From positions 1 to 49,546 of the IMG/VR virus record IMGVR_UViG_3300036940_000315: a stretch of 49,546 nucleotides of DNA; one strand, given 5' to 3'. This DNA is from a virus (lineage: Duplodnaviria > Caudoviricetes). The notes under the pieces are model-generated. The model worked only from the letters and a program-made list of their open reading frames with translations. It was not told the DNA's origin and ran no database searches. Shown here in pieces: positions 1 to 12,395 of this stretch (its first letter is position 1; each line of letters starts with the position of its first letter). Made by a program: the position numbers and the translations under genes.

Positions 1-112
1 GAAAAAATAATCGAAATGATTACAAAAATGTTATAGTTGATCTTTTAATTATTAACCATGAAAAATGGATTTTAAAAAACGGTGAAGAATATAAAATATT
101 CAAGGATTAATT

Positions 113-1009
113 TTGAAAAAAAATAAAACATATTATATGTCTTTTTCTCAATCATTAAATTTAAATGATGGAGGATGTTTATATAAATGGAAATTAAGAA
201 GAATAGATGAAATTAAAATTTCTTTACCATCTATATTTACTACCTTTGGTACTGCTATTCATGAAACTTTACAAGAATGAATAGAAATAATTTATGATAA
301 AAGTAAAAAATTAGCATTAAATGAAAATTTACATATTAATTTTGAAAATAAATTATTAGAAGTATATAAACAAGAAAAAGAAACTTATGGACAAAATTTT
401 ATTACTATTGATGATGTAAAAGAAGTAATAGATGATTCAAAAAATATATTAATTGATTTTAAGAAAAAATGGTTTGAATATTTTAATGTTAGAGATTGGG
501 AATTAGTAGGAATTGAAGTTCCAGTTAATACATTAATATTTGATGAAATTAAAAATTTAAGATTTTTTGGAAAATTAGATATAGTTATGTATAATAAAAA
601 AACCGATGAATATTATATTATTGATTTAAAAACTTCATATAGAGGTTGGAGTAAGAAGAAAAAACAAGAAAGCAAGGATCAGTTATTATATTATAAAAAA
701 TATTATGCTAAGCAAAATAATATAGATGAAAATAAAATTATTCCTATGTTTATTATATTAAAAAGAAAATCTTTTGGTGAAGAAAAATTAGAATTTAAAG
801 TAAATAGAGTTTCAAAATTTATTCCCTCTTCAAAAAGAGCAATGAAAGAATCTATTGAAAATTTTCATAAAAAAATAAAAAAAGTTTTTATATTTAAAGA
901 TAATGAAGCATTTATAAATATAAATAAACAATTTGTTCTTAATCCAAGTAAAGAAAATTGTAAATATTGTCCATATAAAAATACAAAATATTGTAAAGAA
1001 GGAAAATAA
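113..1009 (+). CDS. PD-(D/E)XK nuclease (RecB/Cas4-like exonuclease), TGA=Trp at 278
   Basis: Frame open from TTG113/ATG137 through one TGA into ORF 587. Motifs: SFSQ..C.YKW, FGTAIHETL, E, GKLD, IIDLKT, QLLYY and C-terminal CKYCPY..C. Confidence 0.85.
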
Positions 1010-1010
1010 A

Positions 1011-1187
1011 ATGAAAATTAATAAAAAAAATAATGAAAATTTTACAGTTGTTAATACGGATAAGTATTTAAGTATGAAAGAAAAAATAGAAAGATTTGAA
1101 AGAATAAAATATGATATTTTTTGTTTAGATACTTCAGATAAATATTATTTAAAAAAAGTAAAAAATTTATTAACAAATGTAAAATAA
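1011..1187 (+). CDS. hypothetical protein
   Basis: ATG right after the nuclease stop with AGGAAA upstream; short ORF. Confidence 0.5.
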   Translation: MKINKKNNENFTVVNTDKYLSMKEKIERFERIKYDIFCLDTSDKYYLKKVKNLLTNVK

Positions 1188-1200
1188 ATGAAAGAAAAAA

Positions 1201-1605
1201 ATGTCTATAACAAAAAATGAATTAAATAGTTATTTTGATTTTCAAGAAAAATATTTTGCATTTCTTCATAATAAACTTGGTAAACTTTTTAGAGGAGAAG
1301 CAAGAAAAGCAAATGGTATGATAAAAATTGGTGGTTATCATAATGAATGGGAATATTTAAGTTCTATAGAAGAAACTTATAAATTTAGAAATATTGCTTT
1401 ACAATGTATGAAAGAAAAAGAAATTTTTTTAAAAATAAGATATGGGTCAACATATATAAAAACAAAAACAAATAATTCTATTTTTCCAAAAATGAAAATC
1501 ATTAAATACTTATCAGGAAAAAAATATAATAGTTTATCTATTGGTAATAATATTTATATTTGGGAAGTAAATAATGTAGAAGAAATATATAAACGAATAA
1601 AGTAA
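1201..1605 (+). CDS. hypothetical protein
   Basis: 134-aa ORF in operon-like packing. Confidence 0.6.
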   Translation: MSITKNELNSYFDFQEKYFAFLHNKLGKLFRGEARKANGMIKIGGYHNEWEYLSSIEETYKFRNIALQCMKEKEIFLKIRYGSTYIKTKTNNSIFPKMKIIKYLSGKKYNSLSIGNNIYIWEVNNVEEIYKRIK

Positions 1606-1612
1606 AAAAATT

Positions 1613-1927
1613 ATGAATAAATATATAAAAAAAATATTTAAAAAAATGTGTAAATATTCTAATTTAAATTATAGAAAAATAAATTTTTATGAATTAGGAT
1701 GATATAAAAATTATTCATGAACTGAAGATCAAAAAAATAAATTTGAAAATTGGTTTTATAAATTTTTAAAAAGAAATAAAAATGCTAGAAAAAATTTAAT
1801 GTTTATATCTATAAAAAAAGATAGTTTTATTAAAAATTATATAAATACTTTTCCAATTAAATTTAAGGTAAATAATAATAATGAAAATCGGAATAACTGG
1901 TTCTTTAAATTTTGAAGAAAAAAATAA
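1613..1927 (+). CDS. hypothetical protein (TGA=Trp)
   Basis: ATG1613; reads ...LGWYKNYSWTEDQKNKFENW... only with TGA=W; fills the gap. End uncertain. Confidence 0.5.
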
Positions 1928-2288
1928 ATTAAAAGAAATAATATTTGAATTAAAAAATAAATTTAAAAATAATTTATTAATTGCTACAAGATCAAATAAA
2001 TTTGGTGTAGAAAAACATACAAAACAAATATGTAAATGGGAATTTAATATTCCTTATACTGAATTTCCCCCTTATTTTATGGAATGAAATCCAGATTGTG
2101 AATTAAATGGTACAATAAAATATATATATAATCAAAATTATCATCCAAAATATTTGCATATGAGGGATAATTCTTTTATTAATTTTTGTGATATTATTTT
2201 AGTCTTTATAGATGAAACTGATAAAAATATTAAAAAATTTATTAAAAAATTAGAGAAAAAAAATAAAAAATATATTAAGGTTTTTTAA
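1881..2288 (+). CDS. SLOG/YspA-like Rossmann-fold protein (TGA=Trp)
   Basis: MKIGITGS start, later 'RDNSFINFCDIILVF'; continuous across TGA at 2085. Confidence 0.6.
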
Positions 2289-2296
2289 AAAGTTAT

Positions 2297-2312
2297 AATA
2301 TTTATTTTTGAA
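2297..2312 (+). promoter_or_regulatory. putative late promoter AATATTTAT-N3-TGAA (copy 1 of 6)
   Basis: Same 16-mer pattern at 21434, 28595, 36825 (+) and 39424-39439, 41460-41475 (-); always shortly upstream of a gene start. Confidence 0.7.
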
Positions 2313-2342
2313 AAGGAAAATATAATAATTTATTAAAAGGAA

Positions 2343-2936
2343 ATGAATATGAAAAATAAGGAAATAAATAATAATAAAATTAAAAAAATCCTTATAATGG
2401 GGGATGATCCAATTGTTCCTACTGGTGTTGGAAATCAATTAAGATATTTAGGTAAAGGACTAATTCAAAAAGGATATGAAATAATTGTATTAGGGGGATT
2501 AAGAAAAAGATTACCAAATGATAAAAATCCGAGATTAATTGATGGGATGAAAGTATATCCAGTAGAAGGATATGGAGATCAAACTATTTTAAGAAATTTA
2601 TTAACAATTGAACAACCAGATGCAATTATTTGTATAACAGATCCTCGATATTGAATATGAGTATGAATGATGGAAGATGAAATAAGAAGTCAAATTCCTA
2701 TCTGTTATTGAAATTTATGAGATGATTCTCCTTTCCCTCCAACTCATTATAATAAAACATATTATCAATCTTGTGATGCAATGATACAAATAAGTAAACA
2801 GACAAATATTTTTATAAATAATGTATTTAAAAATGATAATAATGTTAAATTAATAGAAACAAATGCATATAAAAATGTAATTAATTCTGCACATAAAAAG
2901 GCTGGAATGCAAATTTATGGAGATAAAAATGAATAA
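2343..2936 (+). CDS. GT-B (GT4-like) glycosyltransferase, N-terminal half (TGA=Trp x5)
   Basis: GDDPIVPTGVG..., DPRYWIWVWMMEDEIR..YWNLWDD..YQSCD..ISKQT with TGA read as W. Confidence 0.85.
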
Positions 2937-3795
2937 TAAACCACAAAAAATAATAGTTGATTATATTCCACACGGTATTGATTTTACTATTTTCAAACCT
3001 ATTGATAAAACAAATAAAAAATATAAAAAATTTATTGATGAATTTTATAAATCTCAATATAATAATTATAATTTTATTCTTTTTTATAATAATAGAAATA
3101 TAAAAAGAAAAATGCCAGGGGATGTAATATTATCATATGCTACTTTTGTTAGAAAATTATCAAAAGAAAAAAGAAATAAAATTTTACTTGTTATGCATAC
3201 TCATATAGTAGATGAAGCCGGGACCGATTTAAAAGCAGTATATAATGATTTATTTTCTGATGTAAATATTTTATTTTCTAATAGAAAATATGAAGAAGAA
3301 TTTTTAAATTTTATTTATAATTCTGTAGATGTTACAATTAATTTAGCAAATAATGAAGGATATGGATTAGCAACTGCAGAATCATTAATGACTGGGACTC
3401 CTATTATTGCAACTGTTACTGGTGGGTTGCAAGATCAAATGGGATTTGAAGGAGTATTAAATCAAGAATTTTTTAATGAAGATAAAAAACCTCTTTGTGG
3501 AAATTGAGCATATCCTGTATATCCATCCGCAAGATGTTTACAAGGTTCCCCTCCAACTCCTTATATATTTGCAGATTATATTAACTATAATGATGCTGCT
3601 GAAGGAATTAATTATTGATATAATTTAAAAAATAAAAATATTGATAAATTTAATACTTATGGAATGAATGGACGAAAATATTTAATAGAAAATGGTCATA
3701 CTTTTAATAATATGATAAATTCTTTTGATAATATATTAAATTTAATTTCTAAAGAATGAAAACCGAGACAACGAATTTATATTGAAAAATGTTAA
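2929..3795 (+). CDS. GT-B (GT4-like) glycosyltransferase, C-terminal half (TGA=Trp)
   Basis: YIPHGID, NNRNIKRK, NEGYGLATAESLMTGTPII (EX7E motif), TGGLQDQ. Confidence 0.85.
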
Positions 3796-3870
3796 AAAAA
3801 AAATAAAACTATTTGTATTTAAAAAAGAAATTTAATAAATTATATTTAAAATAAATTAAGGAGGTTTTAT

Positions 3871-4572
3871 ATGAAAATGAAATGTAAAGATCATCCAAAA
3901 TATAAAGGTACTACAAAGCCTAATAGAGATTGTCAAAAATGTTGGAAAATGTATGAAAAGAAAAATCCAAATGGAGATACTTATCAAAATTGGATGCATA
4001 AGTGCAAAATTCATAAGAAATATACAGCGAAACATAAACCTAACAATGAATGTCAAGGATGTTGGGATTATTATAATTGGAAACATAATACACATATTAG
4101 TTTAACCCAAATTAAATATAATAAAAATAAAAAAAATAAAAGAAAATTAAAAAAAGAAAATTATAACATTTATAAAAAATTATCAAAATTACTTAAAAAA
4201 AATTTTATAAAAAAGGATGCTTATTATCATGATTATAAACAAAATTATGATAAAGAAAAAAATCCTTATCAATATATATTAACTACAGCAGTAATAAATT
4301 TTGATTTTTTTCATAATATATCAAAATATAAATTATTTAAATTTTTTGATGAAATACATAAAATGAATGATAAAATATTAGGAGAAAATTGGTTAGATAT
4401 TTTAAAAATTAATGTTGATAAATCTAAATATGAATCATTATATAATGAATATATTTCTGAACCTCATACATTTTCAAGTTATGCTTTAGAAGAATATAAA
4501 AAGTTTATTGAAACAAAATATTTTGAAAATAAACATTTTAATTTTGATAATTATAACTTGGAGATTTTGTAA
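3871..4572 (+). CDS. hypothetical protein with duplicated N-terminal C-x2-H...C-x2-C-W module
   Basis: CKDHPKYKG..P.RDCQKCW and CKIHKKYTA..P.NECQGCW; strong AGGAGG RBS; sigma70-like promoter at 3813-3841. Confidence 0.7.
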   Translation: MKMKCKDHPKYKGTTKPNRDCQKCWKMYEKKNPNGDTYQNWMHKCKIHKKYTAKHKPNNECQGCWDYYNWKHNTHISLTQIKYNKNKKNKRKLKKENYNIYKKLSKLLKKNFIKKDAYYHDYKQNYDKEKNPYQYILTTAVINFDFFHNISKYKLFKFFDEIHKMNDKILGENWLDILKINVDKSKYESLYNEYISEPHTFSSYALEEYKKFIETKYFENKHFNFDNYNLEIL

Positions 4573-5063
4573 TGCCAAAAAAATTAAGCAAAATAGCACA
4601 AAATACAGATGCTAAAAGAAAAAGTAAAAGTAAAGTTATACAATTAAAATTAGATAAAATGGGTAAAAAGAAACCTAAACGATGAGATCATTGAAATGTT
4701 TGATTTATGTTTACAGTTCAATCTCAAACAATTCCTGGAAAAACATATGATGTAATAATCCAAACAATTGAAGATATTGGAATTACAAAAGAAAATTGAA
4801 ATCAATTAGCAACTGGAAATATTCCAATGATTGTAACTTGTACATGTCCGGATTTTAAATATCGGTGAGAAGTTGCAAATCAAAGAAAAGGAAATAGTAT
4901 GTTATTACAAAGTAATGGAAATTTACCAGTAATAACAAATCCAAAAATGAAACAATGAATGTGTAAACATGCTTTAGCAGCATATGATAGATTAAAAACG
5001 TTAGTTAGAAATACTTCATTAAATGATATTACTGATATTCAAACTAAAAATTATTATGATTAA
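4572..5063 (+). CDS. SWIM zinc-finger protein (TGA=Trp)
   Basis: VTCTCPDFKYRW...TNP...MCKH; absent from the ORF track because of several TGAs. Confidence 0.75.
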
Positions 5064-5082
5064 AAACTAAAAAGAGGTATAA

Positions 5083-6396
5083 ATGAAAAAAATAAAATTA
5101 GTAATTTGTGCACCATATCCTTCACGAAGTGGTTATGGTTCTCATGCAAGAGATATTATTACATCTATATTTAAAATGAATAAATATAATATTTCATTAA
5201 TTCCATTAAATTGAGGCAATACTCCACAAAATGCTTTAAATGAAAATAATAAATGACATAAATTAATGTTAGAAAAAACAATTAATGGTCCTTTAAAAGA
5301 ACAGCCAGATATTTTTGTTCATATTACAATTCCTAATGAATTCCAACCAATAGGAAAAAAGAATATTGGTATTACTGCTGGAATTGAAACTGATAGAGTT
5401 TCTCCTAATTGAGTTGAACAATGTAATAAAATGGATTTAGTAATTATCCCTTCTTATCATTCTAAAAATAATATTGAACATAGTGTTTATCAATATAAAA
5501 ATAATAATGGACAAGTAGTTGGAGAATTAAAAAATACTACTGATTTAGAAGTATTATTTGAAGGTATTGATACTGAATTATATAAAGAAAATGAAAATAT
5601 TAAAATAGATAATAGTCATCCATTATTTGAATTACAAAATATTCCAGAAGATTTTTGTTTTCTTTCAGTTGGTCAATGACAAATAAAAGGTAATTTTAGA
5701 GATGATAGAAAAGATATTGATGGTACAATATATAATTTTTTAAATGCTTTTCATTATCAAAAAAATAAAGTTGCTTTAATTTTAAAAACATCTGGAGCAG
5801 GATTTAGTTTATTAGATAAACAGGCTATTTTATCAAGAATAAATGAAATTAGAAATAAATTACCAGATAAAGATAAACAACCCAATATTTATTTAATTCA
5901 TGGAAATTTAACTGATAATGAAATGAATGATTTATATAATTTAAATAAAATAAAAGCGATGATTTCTACTACTCACGGAGAAGGATATGGTAGACCCTTT
6001 GCTGAATTTTTAGCAGCAACAGGTAAACCAGTATATGTAACTGGATGAAGTGGACATACTGATTTTATTACAAATGAAGAATTTTTATTTAATTATGAAT
6101 TAAAACCAATTCCACAATCAATGGAATGAAAAAATATATTAGAAAAAGGAAGTCAATGAGCATATGTCAATGATTCTGATGTTCAAATAAAATTAAAACA
6201 GTGTATTCATAATTATAAAGATATGTTAAAGAAATCAAAATTATTAGCAAATACTTTAATAAAAGAAAAATCTTTAGATAAAATGACTGAAAAGTTTGAT
6301 GAAATATTAGAACAATATAAACCAGCAATTCAACAAAATATTGTAATGCCCGGGTCTATTGATATTAGTAAATTAAGAAAAATAAGTGAAAATTAA
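5083..6396 (+). CDS. GT4-like glycosyltransferase (TGA=Trp)
   Basis: SRSGYGSHARD, ITAGIET, LSVGQW, DRKDI, THGEGYGRPFAE, TGWSGHTDF. Confidence 0.9.
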
Positions 6397-6712
6397 AAAT
6401 ATGGATAAATTATATAAAAAAATAGTTTTAGATGAATATCGCTATGGTAAGATAAGATTTTCATTTGAAGTTATATCAGATACATTATCAATATTACAAA
6501 AAGAATTTTTTTCAAAATTTTTTATAACTAAAGTAAAGATATTTGAATATTCTTCTTATATTGAATATGAAGGATTTCATCCGGACTTTATTCCTTATTA
6601 TACTGATAAAATAAATGAATATAAAATCGATGTTATACGAAAAGAAGGGAAAAAAGATATTTTTAAAGTATCAAAAATAATATATGAAAAAGAAGAGGAA
6701 AATAATGAATAA
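6386..6712 (+). CDS. hypothetical protein
   Basis: 108-aa ORF overlapping both neighbours. Confidence 0.55.
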   Translation: MKIKNMDKLYKKIVLDEYRYGKIRFSFEVISDTLSILQKEFFSKFFITKVKIFEYSSYIEYEGFHPDFIPYYTDKINEYKIDVIRKEGKKDIFKVSKIIYEKEEENNE

Positions 6713-7328
6713 AGAACAACCATATTTATCATTTAATATGATAGTACAAAATGAAGCAAAAAGAATAGAACCTACATTAAAATGTATAAAAGATATTGCT
6801 GATGAAATTGTTATTATTGATGGTGGTTCAAAAGATAATACTGTTTCATTATGTAAAAAATATACAGATAAAGTTTATTATAATAATTTTAGTGGAGATT
6901 TTGCTTTTCAGAAAAATTTTGCAAATTTTAAATGTTCTGGAAGATGAATTTTTAATATAGATGCCGATGAAACATTAAATCCACAATTAATAAAAGATTT
7001 AAAAGATTTATTAAAAGTTAATGAAAATATTGATATATTTTATTTAGCGAGATTAAATAAAATTCAAAATTTAGATATGAAATATGCCCAAAAATGAAGA
7101 TGAACTATTGATAAAGAAAATAGAATTAACTGACCCGATTGACAAGGCAGAGTTTATAAAAGATCCGGTAATTTAATGTGAGATGGAAAAGTTCATGAAA
7201 GAATAGTTGGATATAATAATTATGCAGTATTACCAGAAAAATATTTTTTAATTCATGAAAAAACAATGGATAAACAAATAGAACAAAATTTATATTATGA
7301 AAAAATTCAACAAAGAAGAAATATTTAA
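6705..7328 (+). CDS. GT2 glycosyltransferase (WaaE/beta-1,4-glucosyltransferase-like; TGA=Trp)
   Basis: MIVQNE, IIDGGSKDNT, DFAFQKN, WIFNIDADE, NWPDWQGR, WDGKVHE. Confidence 0.9.
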
Positions 7329-7890
7329 AAATCAAATAAATAAAAAAGAAGATAAAACAACCATTTCAAAAAAATTTAAAGAAGATATAATAGATTTTTT
7401 TTATAAAAATAAAAATATTTCTACAAAAAGAATTTTAGAAATTGGTTGTTATGCTGGTTATACTACAAGAATTTTTAGTTATATATTTGATGAAGTAATA
7501 GCTTTTGATAATAGAGAAAAAGTATTAAAAATAGCAAGAGAATTTAATAAAGATAGAAAAAATATAAAATTTCAAAATTTTAGTTCATATAATAAAAAAG
7601 GATGAAATTTTCCTATTTGTGATGTATTTTTTATTGATTGTATGCATGAATATAATAAAGTAAAATCGGATATTAATAATTGTATTAAAAATAATCCAAA
7701 TGGCATTATTATATTCGATGATTATGGATTAATAAAATCAGTTAAAAAAGCAGTTGATAAATTTATTGAAGAAAAAAAGATTGAAGTTATAAAAAAAATA
7801 GGGGAAGAAAAAGGAACAAAATTTAAAGGTACAAGAGATAAAATTTTAAAAGATTATGAAGGTATTATTTGTAAAATAAGGAATATATAA
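7297..7890 (+). CDS. class I SAM-dependent methyltransferase (TGA=Trp)
   Basis: ILEIGCYAGYTT, VFFIDCMHEY, IIFDDYG; joins two track ORFs in the same frame. Confidence 0.85.
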
Positions 7891-7897
7891 AATATAA

Positions 7898-8629
7898 ATG
7901 ATAGATTCTATTCAAATTATTTGTGAACGACATAGCGGTAGTAATTGATTTGTTAAATTATTAAATCATTCATTTAATAATAAAATACAAATTAATGATT
8001 TAGAAAAACATTGATTTTTAAATGAATATAAACTAAATCATTTTTTAGAAACCAGTTCTGCTCCATTAAAAAAGATGAAAAATAATTGTATAAAAAGAAA
8101 TATTAGTTTTAATAATTTTAATGATATTACTAAAAATAATATATTAGTTATAATTATTGTTAGAGATGTTTATGATTGAATATTAGGAATGAAAAAAGAT
8201 CCTCACCATTTTTCAAATAAACAAGAAATAATTAATATGTCTATATCTAATTTTATTAAAATGAAATGAAATAATAATAGAGATATAACACCATATTCTA
8301 TACTTGTTAATAACGTAGTTGATTTAAGAACAAAGAAATATATTAATTGATTTAAATATATACCTCAATTTTGTAAAAATGTAGAGATTTTTAAATATGA
8401 AGATATTTTATTAAATTATAAAGCAATAATAAAGTATTTATGTGAACAATATAATTTTAAATTAGAAAATGATATTAAAAATCAAAATCAATCATTAACT
8501 CAAAATAAAATAGATAATTCTTTATATTTTAATAAAAAATTAATAGATAAATTTTATTCAAAAAAAGACTTGTATTTTATAAAAAAATTTATTAAATTAG
8601 ATATTGAAAAAGAATTAGGTTATTTATAA
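7898..8629 (+). CDS. sulfotransferase-like protein (TGA=Trp)
   Basis: CERHSGSNW (PAPS-binding-loop-like), KHW, IVRDVYDW, FKYED, terminal ELGY. Confidence 0.65.
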
Positions 8630-8644
8630 GAAAGAAAAATTATT

Positions 8645-8890
8645 ATGATTTCAAAAATAGAATCATTTCATAAGGCTTATCAATATTATTTAAAAAATAA
8701 TGATAAATTAATTAAAGAAATAAACAAACAAATTAAAAAAAAATCATCAAACGGAAATGTTAAATTAACATTTGAATTTGAAAATCAACTTGAACATAAA
8801 GATACCGTAATGTTAGATAAATATTATACCTCATTAGGTTATTTTATTAAATTTTTTAAAAAATCAATTATAATATATTGGGATAACTAA
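8645..8890 (+). CDS. hypothetical protein
   Basis: 81-aa ORF between cluster genes. Confidence 0.5.
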   Translation: MISKIESFHKAYQYYLKNNDKLIKEINKQIKKKSSNGNVKLTFEFENQLEHKDTVMLDKYYTSLGYFIKFFKKSIIIYWDN

Positions 8891-8900
8891 AAGGGAAATA

Positions 8901-10142
8901 ATGCAATTAGTATCATTTATATTACCCACAAGAGATAATTTAGAATATTTAAAAATGGCATATAATTCTATTAGAAAGAATAATGGATATGAACATGAAA
9001 TATGTATTGCTGATGATATGTCAAAAGATAATACATGAGAATGATTATTAGAACAAAAAAAATATGATAAAAATTTAAAAATATGAAAAAATGAAACTAA
9101 TCAAAGATATGGTTTAACTATATTATATGATTTTTTAATTAATGAAATAGCAACAAATGAATTAGTGATTGCTTGTCATGCTGATATGTATTATGGTGAA
9201 AACTTTGTTAAAAATTTAGTAAAACATCATAAAGAAAATACCGTAGTTTGTGCTACAAGAATTGAACCAAATATACATCCTCCTGGTCACGAAAAATTAA
9301 TAAGAGATTATGGTTTATATCCTCATAATTTTACAGAAGAAATATTTTTAAATGATTGTAAAAAATTACAAAAACAATATAAAGATAAAATAACAAATGG
9401 ATTTTTTGCCCCTTGATTAATTTCAAAAACTGATTTTTTAGATATCGGTGGGCATGATCCATTATTCAGACCCCAATCAAGGGAAGATTCAGATTTAGGA
9501 AATAGATTGTTATTAAATAATAATAAATTAATTCAATCAAGAGATTCTTTTGTATATCATTTTACTTGTAGAGGTTCACGATTTAAAGATGGAATAGGTA
9601 AAAATAGTATTGAATGGCAGAAATCAAATTATAAAAACGAACGCAATTTTATTAGAAAATGAGGTTCAATGGTTTCTACTGATAAAAATTTATTGCCTAT
9701 TGTAAAAAATAAATATAATATTCAATTAATAATAGATTGTAGAGATGATATAGATAAAATATCTTTTTCTGAATTATTAAGATTATCAGAACCTTTTGTT
9801 AATTCAATAACAATATATGATCCTCAATTATTATTTAAGAAAACAATTGAAAATTATATTCAAACTGAAAATTCAATTACTGATTATGATATTGAAAAAA
9901 AGATATTATATAATCCAATTGAAATAAATAAAATGGATATTGATTTTTTTACTCAGCCATTAATTTTAAGTAAAGATAATGGTAGAACTATTCAATTAAT
10001 ACATCAATTATTAGATCAAATTGAAGAAGAAGGAAAATATGATTATAATGATAATAAAATAGTTGTTAATAGATTATATAGAAAAAATCAATATCAAAAT
10101 ATTATAAATACAAATTCTTATAAAAATTATATGGAGAAATAA
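8901..10142 (+). CDS. GT2 glycosyltransferase with C-terminal extension (TGA=Trp)
   Basis: SFILPTRDNL, ADDMSKDNT, HADM, GGHDPLF.PQSREDSD, VYHFTCRGSR, RNFIRKWG. Confidence 0.9.
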
Positions 10143-11203
10143 TGTCATTTATAAAAAATAAAAATGAAGTATATGTTATTGCTGAAATAGGTCAAAATCA
10201 TAATGGTGATATCAATATTGCTAAAAAATTAATTGATCAATTAGTAGTTTATCCATATGATGAAATAACTGGTAATAGATTAAATTGCGTTAATGGTATA
10301 AAATTATGTAAAAGAGACATGATAGAAGAATTATCAAACAAAGCATATAAAAAACCATATATTAATAATAATTCATTTGGTAAAACTTACGGAGAACATA
10401 GAAAATTTTTAGAATTATCATATAATGATCATTATAAATTAGGTAACTATATTAAAGAAAAAAATGTAGAATTTATTGATACATTATGTTCTATAAAAAC
10501 AGTTCAACAATTAGCAAAACATGTAGATAAAATAAAAGTAGCATCAAGAGATTTAACAAATATTCCATTATTAAAAGAAATAGCAAAACATAAAAAAGAT
10601 GTTATTTTATCTACTGGTTTAGGTGGGGAAGAAGAATTAAATAATGCTTTAGATGTATTAATTGCTGGTAAAACTAATCAGATTATTATACTACATTGTT
10701 TATCTCAATATCCATCAGAATATAAAAATATAAATTTAAAATCAATAGAATGATTATTAAAAAAATATGGAAGTTATTTTACTATTGGTTATTCAGATCA
10801 TAGTTTAGGAAATCATATTGCTTTAGCAGCAGTTGCTTTAGGTGCAAATTATATTGAAAAACATGTTACTTTAGATAAAACTATGAAAGGAACAGACCAT
10901 AAAGGTTCATTAGAACCACATGAATTTAAAGAATTAATGCATAATATTAGAACTTTTGAATTATCAAAAGGAAAATTAGAATTCAAAAAACATCCAAGTA
11001 CAAAAAATAGTGAACAAAAATTATGTAGATCATTAGCATATAATAAAAATATAAAATCATATCAACCAATATATGAATGTGATTTACATATGATTAGTCC
11101 TGGTACTGGATTAACTTGAGAAGAAAGAAAATTAATTTTAGATAAATATTTGATAAAAGATGTAAAACAAAACGATTTAGTAAAATTAGAGGATTTTTTA
11201 TAA
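10142..11203 (+). CDS. neuB: N-acetylneuraminate/nonulosonate synthase with SAF domain (TGA=Trp)
   Basis: IAEIGQNHNGD, KVASRD, LSTG, LHCLSQYP, GYSDHS, IEKHVTLD, GTDH, SPGTG. Confidence 0.95.
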
Positions 11204-11204
11204 A

Positions 11205-11525
11205 ATGAGAAAATTATTCGTAGATATAGATGATACAATTTGTTATTATCCGCCTAATTGTAATTATAGTGATTATACAAAAGCATTACCTTATAAAAAA
11301 AGAATTGAATATATTAATAAATTATATGATGATGGATATGAAGTTACTTATTGAACTGCAAGAGGAGTAATTTCTGGTATTGATTGAGAAAAAGTTACTT
11401 TAGAACAATTTAAAAGATGAGGAGTTAAATTTCATCATTTAAGATTAGATAAACCAGTATATGATATGTTTATAGATGATAAAGTTATAAATGTTCATAC
11501 ATTTTTTGCTTTTAATGAAAAATAA
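11205..11525 (+). CDS. small HAD-family phosphatase (capsule-biosynthesis type; TGA=Trp)
   Basis: FVDIDDTI, YWTARG, KP.YD.FIDDK. Confidence 0.85.
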
Positions 11526-11528
11526 CCT

Positions 11529-11557
11529 TTGTTTTAAATATTAATTTTCATTATATT
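11529..11557 (+). promoter_or_regulatory. sigma70-like (early) promoter TTGTTT-N17-TATATT, representative copy
   Basis: Same architecture at 3813, 18806, 21908, 26719, 47355, 47548 (+) and with -35 boxes starting at 28539, 36768, 40320, 44632, 47170 (-). Spacer 16-17 nt, often with AAAAGTTC upstream. Confidence 0.75.
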
Positions 11558-11583
11558 ATATAGAATTATTAAAAGGAAAATAT

Positions 11584-11853
11584 ATGTCTAAAGAAACAGA
11601 AGATTGGTTTCAACAACAATTAAAAAAGGTTCCATTAAATATAAGAATTGAAACTATGTTATCTTTGGAACTTGAATTATTAAAAATAGATAATCCAATT
11701 GAAAAAGCAGAAAAATGGACTAAATATATATTAGAAGAAATTGATAAATATAATCAAGATAAATTTGATTTAGATATGGAAAAAGTAAGAAAAAAATTTC
11801 CTATTATTCCAGAATATGTTATAGAAACGGAAGAAAAAAATGAAGATAAATAA
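11584..11853 (+). CDS. hypothetical protein (paralog of 12382-12660)
   Basis: Shares LKK..L..RIE..L..E and QDKFDLDMEKV with 12382-12660. Confidence 0.65.
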   Translation: MSKETEDWFQQQLKKVPLNIRIETMLSLELELLKIDNPIEKAEKWTKYILEEIDKYNQDKFDLDMEKVRKKFPIIPEYVIETEEKNEDK

Positions 11854-12223
11854 TTGTAAAATTTGTGGTAAAAATCCAATAATGCTTGGTACACATGTTC
11901 AAAAAGTTAAAGGTTGTAGTGTTTTTTTATGGATAGTTGAATGTGATGGCGATACAGATGAAGAACCGGGATATTTAGAACATAGATTATCTGTATATGG
12001 TAAAGATAAAGAAGAAGCAATAAAAAGATGGAATGAAATTAATAATGATAATGAAGAACCGGTTAAAAATACTAAAAATATTAAAAATTTAAATGAAAAT
12101 GTTCGAAAAAAAATAGTTCATACTGGTGGGAGACCTAACGGGAAACCACCACTTATTAAATCTGACGATTCTAAAAAAAAAGAAAAAATAAATTATAAAG
12201 GTTTTAAATATGTCATATTATGA
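11840..12223 (+). CDS. Lar-like (restriction alleviation) zinc-binding protein
   Basis: N-terminal CKICG, W.V.C, and KEEAIKRWN. Confidence 0.55.
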   Translation: MKINNCKICGKNPIMLGTHVQKVKGCSVFLWIVECDGDTDEEPGYLEHRLSVYGKDKEEAIKRWNEINNDNEEPVKNTKNIKNLNENVRKKIVHTGGRPNGKPPLIKSDDSKKKEKINYKGFKYVIL

Positions 12224-12395
12224 AAAAATAAATGAAGCAATATTTTATTTTAAAAATAAAAATCCAAAATATGAAAAAATTATAGAGGAATTTAAAAAAA
12301 TAGAATCTATGTGTAATAGAGAATTTGATACAGATAATGAAAGAGAATATTTATTATATAAAAAATTAGATGAGATTTTAAATGACAACAGATAA
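12210..12395 (+). CDS. hypothetical protein
   Basis: Short ORF with overlapping start and stop. Confidence 0.45.
   Translation: MSYYEKINEAIFYFKNKNPKYEKIIEEFKKIESMCNREFDTDNEREYLLYKKLDEILNDNR

Noticed and set aside
113-1009. Cas4 as part of a CRISPR-Cas system
   Set aside because: No cas1/cas2 or array; stand-alone Cas4-like nucleases are common in phages.
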